Shown: positions 45,801 through 55,681, counted from the stretch's first letter. The stretch: DNA of 64,000 bases from an uncultured virus (IMG/VR IMGVR_UViG_3300030202_000991) (IMGVR_UViG_3300030202_000991); one strand, 5' to 3'. Notes: generated from the letters alone by a model not told the origin. Numbers and translations: made by a program.

Positions 45801-48800
45801 CCTGTGTAGTACTCTTTAGCGTTCTTTCTGGAAGGGTCTATTCTAAGTAAAGTACTTTCTTCTACTATAAAGTTAAAAAGTTTGCGTTGATTTGGGCCTA
45901 ACTTATTAAGTATCTTTTCGAACCGCCTTGCCTTGTCTTTAGTTAACAGCAGATACTTTTGCCTAGAACCATTCTTTTGCTGAATAATTTTAAACAGCTC
46001 ATCCAAACCTCTGCCTAAATCTCTTATACCTTCGTTGTTACTTTGTTTTGCAAAGTCAGCTATGGAATTGAGAGGCAATAACTTAAAAAAGAACCCACGA
46101 GCGTCATTAGTTGCTTGCGGCGCATACGCATTAAATATAGAAGCCGCATCTTGTGGAACCTCACCGCCATATCCGTCAAATAGGTCATCCAAAAACGCAT
46201 CTTCTTTACCTGCCGTTACCGCTAGGTTCATAGCAGGAGCGTTACGGTATTGAGGAGCAGGAGAGATCATGTCCCCTACTATCTTATCTACCTCACTCAT
46301 TGCTGAGTTCAATTTCTTTGTAGGAAGACGGCGTAATACGCGAATTACGTTAGCCACTATATTCTTAAATCGCTCCAATACCCCTAACTTATCTCCGTTG
46401 GTGTCCATAGAAGCTAGTTTGGCTTGGAACTCTGGGTTGGAAAAAGCCTCGGCAACAAATTCATCAAGGTTAGTAGTACCGTAAGCGTCTTCTAATCTGT
46501 CTTTAACGCTATCAAAGAGTCTCTGTAACTGTTTAGTAGTTGACCTGCTTTTGTTAGCAATTACGTGTGAAGTAACAGCGTGCAAGGATTCGTGCAACAG
46601 AGCGTGGTTAGTAGGGGGTATGCTTTCGTTCAGAATAATAGTATTAGTTCTAGGATCGAACATACCTGCCAACAAACGCCCTTTCCCATCCATCAAGTTT
46701 GGTTGGAATGTAACCTTAGTGCCACTTTCTGCAATGGCTTTGTTGATGGCTCTAGCAACTTTTCGTACATCTTTATCTTGATTATTACCAAGTAGTTCCA
46801 GAGCTTCTGCCAGTTTCCCTTCTCGTAGTAGCTGGGTAACTTCTGGGTCTAAAACAGCCGCTGCTCCCACTAGTTTCTTCATTGGGAGAGGCATACCCAA
46901 GTCACTTCGCATACTGTTCTGCATAGCCTCTAAATTTTTTCTGGTGCTTTCAGAAGCGTTTTGTTGAATCCACGCTATTTTAGCTCTCGCGTCTGCTTTT
47001 TGTTGGGCAGTTCCATCAATGGAATTATAAGCAAGAGCCGAGAGAAAACTCTCCATATCGTCTCCAGTTTCTATTTCCTCAAACTCTGCCCGGAATTTTT
47101 CTTCGTCTAATTCTTTGTCAACTTGTTGTTGAGCTACGCTTTCTTCTGTTGCGTTACGAGTATCGCCAGTTGCCTGTGGTTCTGACTCGACAGTAGTGGC
47201 TTCTTCTTTAGCTGCTTGTGCCTCTTCGTCTGTAGCGTTCTTAACGTTTTCTCTTCGATTAGGTCGTAGGATTCCTCCACGAGGGCCAAGCATTTCTATT
47301 TGCTCTTGTCTTTGCTCTTCTAGTTTTTCAAGTATGCGTTGTTGTTCTGCAATTTCTTGATCTAAACGATTGCTTTCCGCTTGTGCTTGAGCAGCAGGGT
47401 CAGCAGGTTCTACTTGTGGTATCTCTAATTGCGCTTGTCCCTCTACTGGACGGCCAGTACGATCTTGTTCTTGTTGCACTTCTCGTAAAGCTGCACCTAA
47501 CGCAGGTTCTACGGAAGAATCTTGTCCTGCTTCCATTGTTGCCGCCAACGCTTGTAAGTCTTCTGCACGTTCTTGTTCGCGTTGTGTAAAAGCTGCTTCC
47601 TGTTGTTCCTGAATAACATCCTGTTCAATACCTTCTCCTATGGTCATTTGTCCCGGCGCTTCTTTACGGGCAATCTGATCCATTTCAGAAGCCATCGCAC
47701 CTGCTTCTTGTTCTGCGCTCTCTTTTGCGGCTAACGTTTCTGCTCTCGTTAGTATGGGCATGTTAAGTAAACCCAATACTTTATTTCGACTATCTCTGTA
47801 ACGAGATTTTACTGTAGGGTTATTTGCATAATTAACGATGGTTTCTACAGCAGTACGAGCATCCTGTGGGTCAGCCAAATCGAGTGCAGGAAGTTCTTTC
47901 TTTAACTTAGTGCTTGTAATACCTAAACCTTCTAAGTCTTCTTTAGTTATAGCTGTTTTCTCTTCAGCCATAATCTCCGTAAATAACTCGCGTTGTGCAC
48001 CCTCACTCCTTAATTTTTCTTCATTGGCAATCGCTTCTTCAAATGCGGCTGCGAACCTTTCAGGGTACGCCCTACCTTGTGGGTCAACTAATATAGCCGA
48101 ACCATCTCCAGTAGGTGGTGGGGGTAAACGATATGTTCCTTGAGGTAAAGCAGGGGGAGGAACGGGAGGAACGGGAGGAAGAACTTCTCCTTCCAATATG
48201 GGTTCTGGGACAGGCACGAGATCAGTCCCAGTTGTAGCGGGTTCTGTAGCTACTTCTGCCTCACGGCCACTTAATTCTTCCCGTAACCTTCGCGCTCGTG
48301 ATCGACTACCTAAAGCACCAATCGGGCCAAGTGTACCGCCGACAGTAACAGCAAGGTAAGCTGCTTCGCCGTATTCAGAAAGAGCTTCAGGAGATAATAC
48401 GTCTAGGCCAGCTTGTGCTCTTTCCAAAACTTGTTGGGCTACTTCTGTAGGCAGCTCTGCACCCGCACCTCTAGCAATGCCTCGCCCTATAGTTTTAGCT
48501 GTACCTAAGTCTGCCTCCCGCACTAGTTTTTCCGCAGCTTCTCGTAGCTGAGTGGAGCTTAACTTTGTAACATCTCCTTGTACCAACTTGTTTACAAGAC
48601 CTTTACCTAAGATAAAGTATTGTCCCGCTAACTCTGGTATTGATTGTAAGGCGGCTGTACCAACAGCTTTTCCTAGCTCTACATCTACCGGACGGCCTTC
48701 GTCTATATCGGCTTGAGCCTGACGTTCAAGATTGTACCCAGTAAATTGAGGTATAAGAGCAGCAAGACCGCCAACACCTGCGCCTATTCCAGCACCTATA

Positions 48801-49288
48801 GCTGTGCCTATACCGGGAAAAAAAGAGCCTATTCCAGCTCCAGCTACAGCGCCCATTTTAGCAGCAGCAACTGTGCTAAGTATTTGTGCTCCTTGCCCTG
48901 CAACGGCTTGTGGAATCTGGCCTAGCGCAGTCCCTACAGTGGGTAGTATTCCTTCAGCATCTAGTACTTTCTGTAAAGTTGGGCCTTCACCGTAGCGTTG
49001 CGCTATGTCTTCGCTACGCTCTAACCCTGCAAGTGCGGCTGCTTCGTCATCCCCAAAAGTTGCTTCGCCAGCAGTGCGTATAGCCGAAAAAAGAGATTCT
49101 CCACCCCGCATGAGTTGCCCACCAAAAGTGCTTTCTGGAGGGGGAGGGGGTAGCGTAACGTCAATGCCTTGGCGTAATCTGAAGTAAGCATCCCTTGCTA
49201 ATGCTGGGCCTTGTTCGTCAGGAGTACCTTTAGGTACATAAAAGTCAAACTTTTCCCCTGAAGGTGCTGTTCCTGTAGCGATAGGCAT
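42848..49288 (-). CDS. Large internal virion / polyvalent protein with zincin-like metallopeptidase motif
   Basis: 2146 aa; GMFDP...HESLH...EFVAE; Gly/Ala-rich hydrophobic N-terminal segments; last gene of internal-protein cluster. Confidence 0.7.
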   Translation of the reverse strand: MPIATGTAPSGEKFDFYVPKGTPDEQGPALARDAYFRLRQGIDVTLPPPPPESTFGGQLMRGGESLFSAIRTAGEATFGDDEAAALAGLERSEDIAQRYGEGPTLQKVLDAEGILPTVGTALGQIPQAVAGQGAQILSTVAAAKMGAVAGAGIGSFFPGIGTAIGAGIGAGVGGLAALIPQFTGYNLERQAQADIDEGRPVDVELGKAVGTAALQSIPELAGQYFILGKGLVNKLVQGDVTKLSSTQLREAAEKLVREADLGTAKTIGRGIARGAGAELPTEVAQQVLERAQAGLDVLSPEALSEYGEAAYLAVTVGGTLGPIGALGSRSRARRLREELSGREAEVATEPATTGTDLVPVPEPILEGEVLPPVPPVPPPALPQGTYRLPPPPTGDGSAILVDPQGRAYPERFAAAFEEAIANEEKLRSEGAQRELFTEIMAEEKTAITKEDLEGLGITSTKLKKELPALDLADPQDARTAVETIVNYANNPTVKSRYRDSRNKVLGLLNMPILTRAETLAAKESAEQEAGAMASEMDQIARKEAPGQMTIGEGIEQDVIQEQQEAAFTQREQERAEDLQALAATMEAGQDSSVEPALGAALREVQQEQDRTGRPVEGQAQLEIPQVEPADPAAQAQAESNRLDQEIAEQQRILEKLEEQRQEQIEMLGPRGGILRPNRRENVKNATDEEAQAAKEEATTVESEPQATGDTRNATEESVAQQQVDKELDEEKFRAEFEEIETGDDMESFLSALAYNSIDGTAQQKADARAKIAWIQQNASESTRKNLEAMQNSMRSDLGMPLPMKKLVGAAAVLDPEVTQLLREGKLAEALELLGNNQDKDVRKVARAINKAIAESGTKVTFQPNLMDGKGRLLAGMFDPRTNTIILNESIPPTNHALLHESLHAVTSHVIANKSRSTTKQLQRLFDSVKDRLEDAYGTTNLDEFVAEAFSNPEFQAKLASMDTNGDKLGVLERFKNIVANVIRVLRRLPTKKLNSAMSEVDKIVGDMISPAPQYRNAPAMNLAVTAGKEDAFLDDLFDGYGGEVPQDAASIFNAYAPQATNDARGFFFKLLPLNSIADFAKQSNNEGIRDLGRGLDELFKIIQQKNGSRQKYLLLTKDKARRFEKILNKLGPNQRKLFNFIVEESTLLRIDPSRKNAKEYYTGYRYTVVDKDGNRNTYHFPTAEKRDAAFEKEQAENDKLSKEERSKFGKINPSEEAEKDYNNIMEYWNRLDPKAREVYVELRDAYSDAYEDLRKALVARIDGVPTDSEEAAQAKQSYKDKILLELLNKELIEPYFPLFRKGDFWYTHMGLDPITGRPEPYKTAFDSQRDRQRYEQAILQDTRLREELLTSEAGTIVEARKRGREALLKTNPNATPEQIQEAEFRTALEGTMLDRPQVDASERSSVDIRWAQGLLADVRAKKEQAAKRARQKELAAAKEENREPTPEELAAAEAKYKQVMSAGDALDSIVQDALIDAMPERSLHRAFRTRKDVRGAERDAIDVFRQRMPAFMGQVDNLKFDAPLDQVKTNLNNLRAQVTGSQGELDYAEQLVQKGTEYADFVKNPKISTNSRRLKSLGFLMTLGFNVSSAVVNSFILPIVVLPYLAGRYGMRNTMAAMMEAMKLYSGTGVKRRVAGLENLEGLEDANLDAELKKRGLTRDDLYEIDGPSLANLDLENLPEEYAELKPLIRELVDRGAANASTVGDMLDIDNPTGGKFDRTITAVNGISGFMFHQGERFNRQITAMAAYKLALDKAKADSKLETVRKPPKKGATKEQIRKYEAYLEKVHALGSNFVNEVMLDVEHTNSGALIETAPQIAQGDISSILLMYKRFGISMAYLQMKMAKQAIRMGNFSEQEQKDAKKQIAGLFGMSGLLAGAQGLPLYGVFAGVANLFFLDDQDDDFDSIVAANIGETAYSGILNEIFDVDFAPRIGMTNLIFRSLPNNEIDDGLSYVLEMAGGPLYGIGQRISRSKGLMDEGEYRRGLEGMLPAGFSGPLKSIRYATEGARTLRGDPITEDLSARSILGQFLGFAPADYTKQLEINARDKRIDRNISEKRTKLLRQRYMAFREGDFTGVLDADRDIMEFNARNPEVRITGSTKSRSLRQHRITSQIARRLGGITVNRQRLNAVVRRRLQELGEDDFYVG

Positions 49289-49300
49289 AGATAACTTCCT

Positions 49301-51526
49301 TTACTCAGACGGAGCTGTATACCCAAAAGTGCCAGTAGATACTCCCAACCCGCTTCTTCTATATGCGTTCATATAATCATCAAGATACTTTTCTTTAAGG
49401 GCAGCAGTCTCAGCAGCTAATTGCGCTCCTTCAAATTCTTGTTGTAAGCGCATAAATTGTGAATTAAATAATTGGTCATCTTCTAGGTCGGACAAAAAAG
49501 TTCTAGCCGCGTCTTGTTCAGCTCCTGCATACTGTTCTCTCAATTTTTGATCCGCTTCAAAAAACATTTTTCGTTCATCTTGGCGTAGATTAGCTAGTGC
49601 TGCACGATAGTCTAGTTCTGAACCGTAACGTGATGCGGATATACGTCCTAGCACGTCTGTCTCTTGTACATCTAACTGACGTTGGCGTAAGTCCTCTGCG
49701 GCTAAACTTCTATCACCTCCAGCCAGTGCACCTGCTGCGCTTGTTTGACCAGCTCCTCCACGTAAGAAAGCTCGTAGGCGATTCATGTCAGCGTTTTCTT
49801 CTACCTTGTCAAGAAGTCCAGCCAAACCACGCCGTGCAGCAACAGGTTCTTCCTGCTTTCCTGCATCAGTCACGCCTTTCATACGGAACTCCTCAGACTC
49901 TTCTTGAGGCTTCCCTAAATCTTTTACCATACTCGCTACATTAAAAGCGTCAGGCATAGCCCCATCAGCTTTCTTTTCTGTACTTCTTTCCTGTCCTGTT
50001 AGTTCTTGTCCTGCTAAAACTGCTCGGTCTGATAGACTTAACCCCGGTATGTCTTCTTTAATATCTGCCATTCGTTCTTCATACTCTCGCATGGTTTCAG
50101 CAATTTCTTCTCCACTACGTGCAATACTAGGATTAGGTACTCTATAACCTGCTTCGTTTATTATATATTCTGGGCCTTTGGGCAACAGTGATCTTAAATC
50201 TTCTAATAAAGAAAGAGGTTTAGGTCTGTCTCGCCCTGTTCTTTCTCGGTAAGCCGCATCTATATCAGATTCCACCAAACTCCCTTCAGGGCCAGCAAAC
50301 TTAGGGATATTAGCCGCAGGGTCGGCAGCATCAATCATGCCCCGATTGTCAGCCATCATCTTAATGTAGTTGAGTGCTCTACGGGCCTCGTCTTCTTTGG
50401 CTTTTGCTTGCATCTCACCAATCATTTGCAAATACTTTATAGCACCGCTTTCGCTGCCTTCTGATTCATTAACCGCCTTACGCACGTCAGGAAACATCTG
50501 ACTAAATTGTTCTGCACGGCTAGGTACGTACATGGTTTCTGGAGGTGTAGTGGGTTCATCTATAGCCCTAGCCAGAGCCATAATTCCTTCGCCCCCGCCC
50601 ATCTCTGTATCCTCTCCTCTCCCTACATTTCGTAGGTTAGGGTCTGCATAACCAGAATCTAGGCCGTATTGACTCATTGTTTCCGAGACTTCTTCTTTAC
50701 TAAGCGGTTGCACTTTATCTCGCTGTAGTAAACCCATTAGTCCTCTAGGTATTGCGGCTAACAACTTACCAAAATTACTTCGTTCTCCTTCAGGTGTGAA
50801 TGGAGTTCTAGTAGCTAAAGTCAACAAATCACTGAGTGTTTCTCCAATCCCGCCACCTGCTCTAAGTGCAACAACACCACCGCCCTGAAAACCATCCATA
50901 CCTTTCATGCTGGATTCAGAAGCCATTTTCTGGTGTGCTTTTGTCCTAATGTCATCTTCAAAAGTTTGTTGCTCTGCCGTAAACCTAGCTTCTACGTCTT
51001 GTTTTTCTTCGGCTGTAGGTGCATTAGCTAGACTAGCTTCGTAGTCTCTATACGTTTTAATATAGTTATCTATATCTTTAGCCTCTGCATCTTGAGAAGC
51101 AGCACTGGGTTGTCCTTGGGGTATAGGTCTGTCACCCAGTATTGGAGCGCCTTTCTTAAATCCAATAATCCCACCGTCAGACATACGCATATTTGGTGCG
51201 GGTTGGCTTGGTATACCCATAGCCTGTCGTTGCATGGCCTGTTGATCGCGTGCTGCTTTTTGAGCAACTCCGGGCATGATGGCACTTATAGTATCGTTCC
51301 GAGCAGAAGTAGCATTTTGTTGATTCAACCGTTGTAATTCGGTCTGGTTGGAACCACTGAACATAGCCTTTATTGCGTTATTAGCTTCCGCATTCTGGTT
51401 GGCAAGAAGTTGTGCAGAGATTAGGTCTAAGACTGATTGTGACTTCCCGTAACGTTGCATTGCAGCTTGTGGGTTACCGTTAGCTGCATCTATCCGCGTT
51501 TGTATTTCTTGGTCTATACCAGCCAT
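49301..51526 (-). CDS. Putative internal virion (ejection) protein
   Basis: 741 aa, low-complexity helical; MSDGGIIGF, FQGGGVVAL motifs; context. Confidence 0.6.
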   Translation of the reverse strand: MAGIDQEIQTRIDAANGNPQAAMQRYGKSQSVLDLISAQLLANQNAEANNAIKAMFSGSNQTELQRLNQQNATSARNDTISAIMPGVAQKAARDQQAMQRQAMGIPSQPAPNMRMSDGGIIGFKKGAPILGDRPIPQGQPSAASQDAEAKDIDNYIKTYRDYEASLANAPTAEEKQDVEARFTAEQQTFEDDIRTKAHQKMASESSMKGMDGFQGGGVVALRAGGGIGETLSDLLTLATRTPFTPEGERSNFGKLLAAIPRGLMGLLQRDKVQPLSKEEVSETMSQYGLDSGYADPNLRNVGRGEDTEMGGGEGIMALARAIDEPTTPPETMYVPSRAEQFSQMFPDVRKAVNESEGSESGAIKYLQMIGEMQAKAKEDEARRALNYIKMMADNRGMIDAADPAANIPKFAGPEGSLVESDIDAAYRERTGRDRPKPLSLLEDLRSLLPKGPEYIINEAGYRVPNPSIARSGEEIAETMREYEERMADIKEDIPGLSLSDRAVLAGQELTGQERSTEKKADGAMPDAFNVASMVKDLGKPQEESEEFRMKGVTDAGKQEEPVAARRGLAGLLDKVEENADMNRLRAFLRGGAGQTSAAGALAGGDRSLAAEDLRQRQLDVQETDVLGRISASRYGSELDYRAALANLRQDERKMFFEADQKLREQYAGAEQDAARTFLSDLEDDQLFNSQFMRLQQEFEGAQLAAETAALKEKYLDDYMNAYRRSGLGVSTGTFGYTAPSE

Positions 51527-51528
51527 TA

Positions 51529-52347
51529 TTACTCTCCAAATAAACCTAAAGTATCCAAGAACCCTAAAATACCACCCGAACCGCCCATAAAATTAGAAAG
51601 ACCGGAAGGTTCAGCGTATTGATATTCCTGAGTACTGATAGGAAGTCCCTGCAATAGAGATTGCATGTACTGTACTTGTTTGTATGGGTAGTCGCGCTCT
51701 TGTTCAAATTGACGTAAATCAGCAGTAATTCCTGCCTGTTCAATGTCTCTTTGTTGTGCCCCTCCCCTACCCATTGCGTCTAAAGCAGTTAATCCGTAAT
51801 TACGTTCTTTATCAAACATATCAGTCGCTTTATCATAAGCTGTTGCGTAACCTTGCGCTGTTATGTCTCCGATTCTATCTAGGGCGCGATTCTGTAAACC
51901 TGCTTCAGCTACAGCCTGTCGTCCACCTCCATACCCCCCTGCTTTAGCGTATTGGCTTTGCAGGTTCTGTTGTGCTTTTGCTGTTTCTTCCCCTACACGT
52001 CTTATTGTCGGATTAAGCGCAGCTTCAATGTAAGGGTTCATGTACTGAGAAACAGGACTTGCAGAGCTTGCAGCCGCTCCCGGCAAAGGTACACCACTTG
52101 CCGCATCTTGTGCGGTTGGGATAGTAGGTGCTTGTCCTGTAAAAGAACCTGTCATGGTAGCGGAAGGAACGGCCAGCCCTGCTAACCCTTGAAACATTTG
52201 GTTTTGCAAGGAAGAAGGGCCAGCCGTGAGTGGGCCTTGGTATGCGGTGTAAGGCATATCGGCTAATGCCGCGCCTTTCCCTAACATCTCTGACACATAA
52301 GGGCCAGCGTATGGGGATAAAGAAGATGATCTACCTAATAAGCTCAT
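51529..52347 (-). CDS. Putative internal virion / DNA transfer protein
   Basis: QYMNPY, AGGYGGGRQAV, Gln/Gly-rich as in podovirus pilot proteins. Confidence 0.6.
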   Translation of the reverse strand: MSLLGRSSSLSPYAGPYVSEMLGKGAALADMPYTAYQGPLTAGPSSLQNQMFQGLAGLAVPSATMTGSFTGQAPTIPTAQDAASGVPLPGAAASSASPVSQYMNPYIEAALNPTIRRVGEETAKAQQNLQSQYAKAGGYGGGRQAVAEAGLQNRALDRIGDITAQGYATAYDKATDMFDKERNYGLTALDAMGRGGAQQRDIEQAGITADLRQFEQERDYPYKQVQYMQSLLQGLPISTQEYQYAEPSGLSNFMGGSGGILGFLDTLGLFGE

Positions 52348-52357
52348 TATAAGTTCC

Positions 52358-55036
52358 TCAAGCAGGAAGTTTTTGCATAGGGTCTATTTCCGTACCTTGT
52401 TTGGTAGTTCCAGTACGGGATTCTCTTACCCTATCCATCATTGAATACAGTTGTTTTGCTCCAGCATCTGAGTTGCCATTACCTAAATGACTAACAACAT
52501 CAGCAGGAACTACAAATTCTCCATCACTTAATGCGGCTGGTTGTGTTCCATCTATGTTAGCGGGTACGAGATCAGCCATACCGTCTGTAGGCCCACCTAA
52601 ATAATAACTATCTAAAGCTCCACCTTGAGCTAATGTACGAGTAAGGTCTTTGAAACCACGAGAATTAGTATTGAAATTGTCCCGAATCTGATCTGCCGTA
52701 ATACCTTCAAACTTAGGATCATTACTGTAATAAGCCGCGACTTCTTCAGGTGTGGTTCTACCTGCATCAAGTAAACGTACTATTAATTCTTCTTCTGTAA
52801 GCCCTTCTTGACCCATATAGTTTACAACGTCAGGAGGAGTAAACCCTCTGTTCCTTAACAAGTCTTCCGCAACATCTAATGTTCCAACATCGAATTTACC
52901 TGCTACCTGTGGAATATTTGCTTCTCCACTTTTTATTGCATCTACAACTGTGCCTATGTTATCTGATGAAGGTGTTGCCCCTGCCATTAAAAGATCATAG
53001 GCGCTAAGTGCAGGTGTAGCAGCAGGTGCAGGTGTAGCAGCAGGTGCAGGTGTAGCAGCAGGTGTAGGTGTAGTAGCAGGTGTAGGTGTAGCAGCAGCCG
53101 CTTCAGTAGTATCTATACCTCCACTTATTGCCCCTAATAATGCGTCTCCCGCTGCTTGTTGATCTGCTACTCGTTTTGCTTCAGCCGCTTCAGCGGTTCG
53201 CATTTGAGCACCACCTAAAAAGCTAGGCGCAGTAATAGATTCATTTGTATCGGGATCAGTATAAGTTTCTTGCCCTTGTGTAAAAGTAACGGGGTTAAAG
53301 TAAGACCTGCCCATACTTCCGGGTCTACGTGATGTGCCATCAGGGTTGACAGTGCTAAACGCATTGTCTCTTAAACCACGATTAGCAGTGTAATCAGGGA
53401 TACCACCTGTGTATCCTTGGCTTCCGCTAGTATCTCCACCACCACTAGCAAGACCAAATAAACCACCCAATGCGCCACCAACAAGTCCTGATAGCTTTGG
53501 GTTATCTATAATTTTGTCAAAGATGTTAAATCCGGTGCTGCTTGAACTAGTATTTCCAATTACATTGTCTATGTCTTGATCGCTTCCCGGCAAAACTTGA
53601 CTACCTGAAGCTCCGCTAAATTTTTTCACTTTCCCACCATTTGCGTAAATATAGTTTCTAAGGTCTTCCTCGTCTTCATCTTCGTCTTCTATAAAAGGTT
53701 GGGCTAAACTTCCTGCCATATCGTAGAAATATGGTATCTCAACTACATCTCCGGGGCCACCAGAAACAGTACGTGCTCCACTACCTGTAGGCATTCCACC
53801 GCCTCCACCACCGCCACCCCCAGCAGCGGGAGTAGAAGTAGAACTTACTTCTTCTCCAGTTTTAACAACTGGGGTCTTTTTCTCTTTAAAAGGGTCATCT
53901 ATAGGGGTAAGTCCTAATTTAGCAACTTCCGGTTCAGGTATACCAACTCCGCCTAGTTTTGGTGCTTCCGGTTCAGGTATACCAACTCCACCTGTCTTTA
54001 CAACAGAAGCCGCACTATCCGTGTCACTTGTAGGTGTTGTACTTGCACCGCCCGTTGGGTCTGTAGTTTTTACTCCACTACTGCTACCACTATCACTTGT
54101 CGGCTCTAATACTCCTGTGGTGTCTAGCGTGACTTTATCTTTGGTCTGGGTATCATCAGCAACATTTAACGCACCTGCTACCGTTTGAGCTGCACCTCCT
54201 AGACCCCCTGCTGCCTCTACCGCAGCTCTGGGTAAATCTAGTAACCCTATATCTCCGTCCATCAAGTCGCCCAAAACAGACCCCGCTGCACCTATTGGGC
54301 CGCCTAGTACTACAGGATTTCCACTAGAAGTTGTTCCTAAAGGAGTTGTTGGGACTTTCCCATCTTCCCCAAAAATATAAGTAGCGCCCGGAGCAAGGGG
54401 GTTAAAAGCTATGGAGGTATCTCCTAAAAGCTCATCTGCATCGTAACCAAAAAGACTTGTGTAAGCATCCAATGCTTTAAGTGCGCCTGTCCCGTATTTG
54501 TCTACTAATGCGTCAGCAGCACTTCCAAGTGCTCCACCTACTGTTGACCCCATGACTCCTGATATACCACGGGAAGTATCCACACTTTTTTCGTTTCCAA
54601 AACTATCAGTAACTGTAGCTGCTTCAATTTGTTCTCTACTTACATCTAAATCTACCAAGGCTTGTTTTGCTTTTTCTATGTCAGCAAATTGTTTTGCTGT
54701 TGTAGGTTGCGGCCCTAATACTAAGTTTGCGTATGTTTGTGCAGCGTTTATTTGAGCTTGTTCAGTTATGGCAGGTGCAGAACCTCCTATACTAGACATA
54801 CCGCCCATAGACCCCATAGACCCTAAATCTACTAACCCTGCATCAACCAACGCATCCAGTGCGTCTCTGTTGGCATTTAAATCTATACCTAGATTTCCTT
54901 TTGAAGGCGTGCTTATTACAGAAGGTACATCGGCATACTTAGCGGGAACACCCGTACCAGCATAAGGAGCATCATCAGACCCAATATAGCTTCTGTCTCG
55001 AATAGCTCCTAGTAGTCTATCTAGCCCGTAATCCAT
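52358..55036 (-). CDS. Putative internal virion protein with tape-measure-type C-terminal domain
   Basis: 892 aa; mostly low complexity; C-terminal GPTDGMADLVPA...LSDGEFVVPADVV. Confidence 0.6.
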   Translation of the reverse strand: MDYGLDRLLGAIRDRSYIGSDDAPYAGTGVPAKYADVPSVISTPSKGNLGIDLNANRDALDALVDAGLVDLGSMGSMGGMSSIGGSAPAITEQAQINAAQTYANLVLGPQPTTAKQFADIEKAKQALVDLDVSREQIEAATVTDSFGNEKSVDTSRGISGVMGSTVGGALGSAADALVDKYGTGALKALDAYTSLFGYDADELLGDTSIAFNPLAPGATYIFGEDGKVPTTPLGTTSSGNPVVLGGPIGAAGSVLGDLMDGDIGLLDLPRAAVEAAGGLGGAAQTVAGALNVADDTQTKDKVTLDTTGVLEPTSDSGSSSGVKTTDPTGGASTTPTSDTDSAASVVKTGGVGIPEPEAPKLGGVGIPEPEVAKLGLTPIDDPFKEKKTPVVKTGEEVSSTSTPAAGGGGGGGGGMPTGSGARTVSGGPGDVVEIPYFYDMAGSLAQPFIEDEDEDEEDLRNYIYANGGKVKKFSGASGSQVLPGSDQDIDNVIGNTSSSSTGFNIFDKIIDNPKLSGLVGGALGGLFGLASGGGDTSGSQGYTGGIPDYTANRGLRDNAFSTVNPDGTSRRPGSMGRSYFNPVTFTQGQETYTDPDTNESITAPSFLGGAQMRTAEAAEAKRVADQQAAGDALLGAISGGIDTTEAAAATPTPATTPTPAATPAPAATPAPAATPALSAYDLLMAGATPSSDNIGTVVDAIKSGEANIPQVAGKFDVGTLDVAEDLLRNRGFTPPDVVNYMGQEGLTEEELIVRLLDAGRTTPEEVAAYYSNDPKFEGITADQIRDNFNTNSRGFKDLTRTLAQGGALDSYYLGGPTDGMADLVPANIDGTQPAALSDGEFVVPADVVSHLGNGNSDAGAKQLYSMMDRVRESRTGTTKQGTEIDPMQKLPA
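53009..53098. repeat. 18-bp tandem repeat encoding (PAATPA/PATTPT)n
   Basis: gcaggtgtagcagcaggt-type units, about 5 copies. Confidence 0.85.
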
Positions 55037-55042
55037 AGCTAC

Positions 55043-55681
55043 CTACGGTAAAGTTTCTGGGAGTGCTGAAATTAAAAACGCACTCACAATCGCTGATGGC
55101 ACTACAGGTCTTGGGCTTGAAGCGGCCTGATGGTTAAGGCTTACGTCTGTATCACTAGTTGCCCACATAATCTCTATGTATTGCCCTGCTTGCACATCAA
55201 TCGTAAAGTTATAGTTAATTGCGTCTATACTACCTGACCCAGACAACACATGCTGTTTGGCAGTATTAGTAACATCCGTACCACTTCTTTTTACCCAAAC
55301 GTCAACTGTCTTGGCAGCGGCTGAACTACTGGTTAACTGAGCCGACACTTCAAAGTTGTAAACCCCTGAATGAGTTGGGGTTATTCGGGTATTAGACGCT
55401 ACGCTCATGGCTTCGCCAAGATACGTGTTTTCAAACTGTATGGCATATGCAGTGCCCGTAGACCCTGCATTTTGATCGACTGTGGAGAAGAACTTACCAT
55501 TCGGGGTGCTAATGAAACGACCCCCGTAATCTCCAGACAATAAGTTTACAGTATTTGTTAGGCCATTGAAAAACAAACGTAATATGTTGTTTAAGTCATC
55601 TAGGTAAGTACTTAGAGAGGTTTCTCTTGGAGCAACGGGAAGAGCTGGGTTAGTAACCTGATTTATAAGGTCGTTAGCCAC
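55043..55681 (-). CDS. Putative tail structural protein
   Basis: LNNILRLFFN helix followed by C1q/TNF-like beta domain (GVYNFEVSAQL, YIEIMW). Confidence 0.55.
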   Translation of the reverse strand: MANDLINQVTNPALPVAPRETSLSTYLDDLNNILRLFFNGLTNTVNLLSGDYGGRFISTPNGKFFSTVDQNAGSTGTAYAIQFENTYLGEAMSVASNTRITPTHSGVYNFEVSAQLTSSSAAAKTVDVWVKRSGTDVTNTAKQHVLSGSGSIDAINYNFTIDVQAGQYIEIMWATSDTDVSLNHQAASSPRPVVPSAIVSAFLISALPETLP

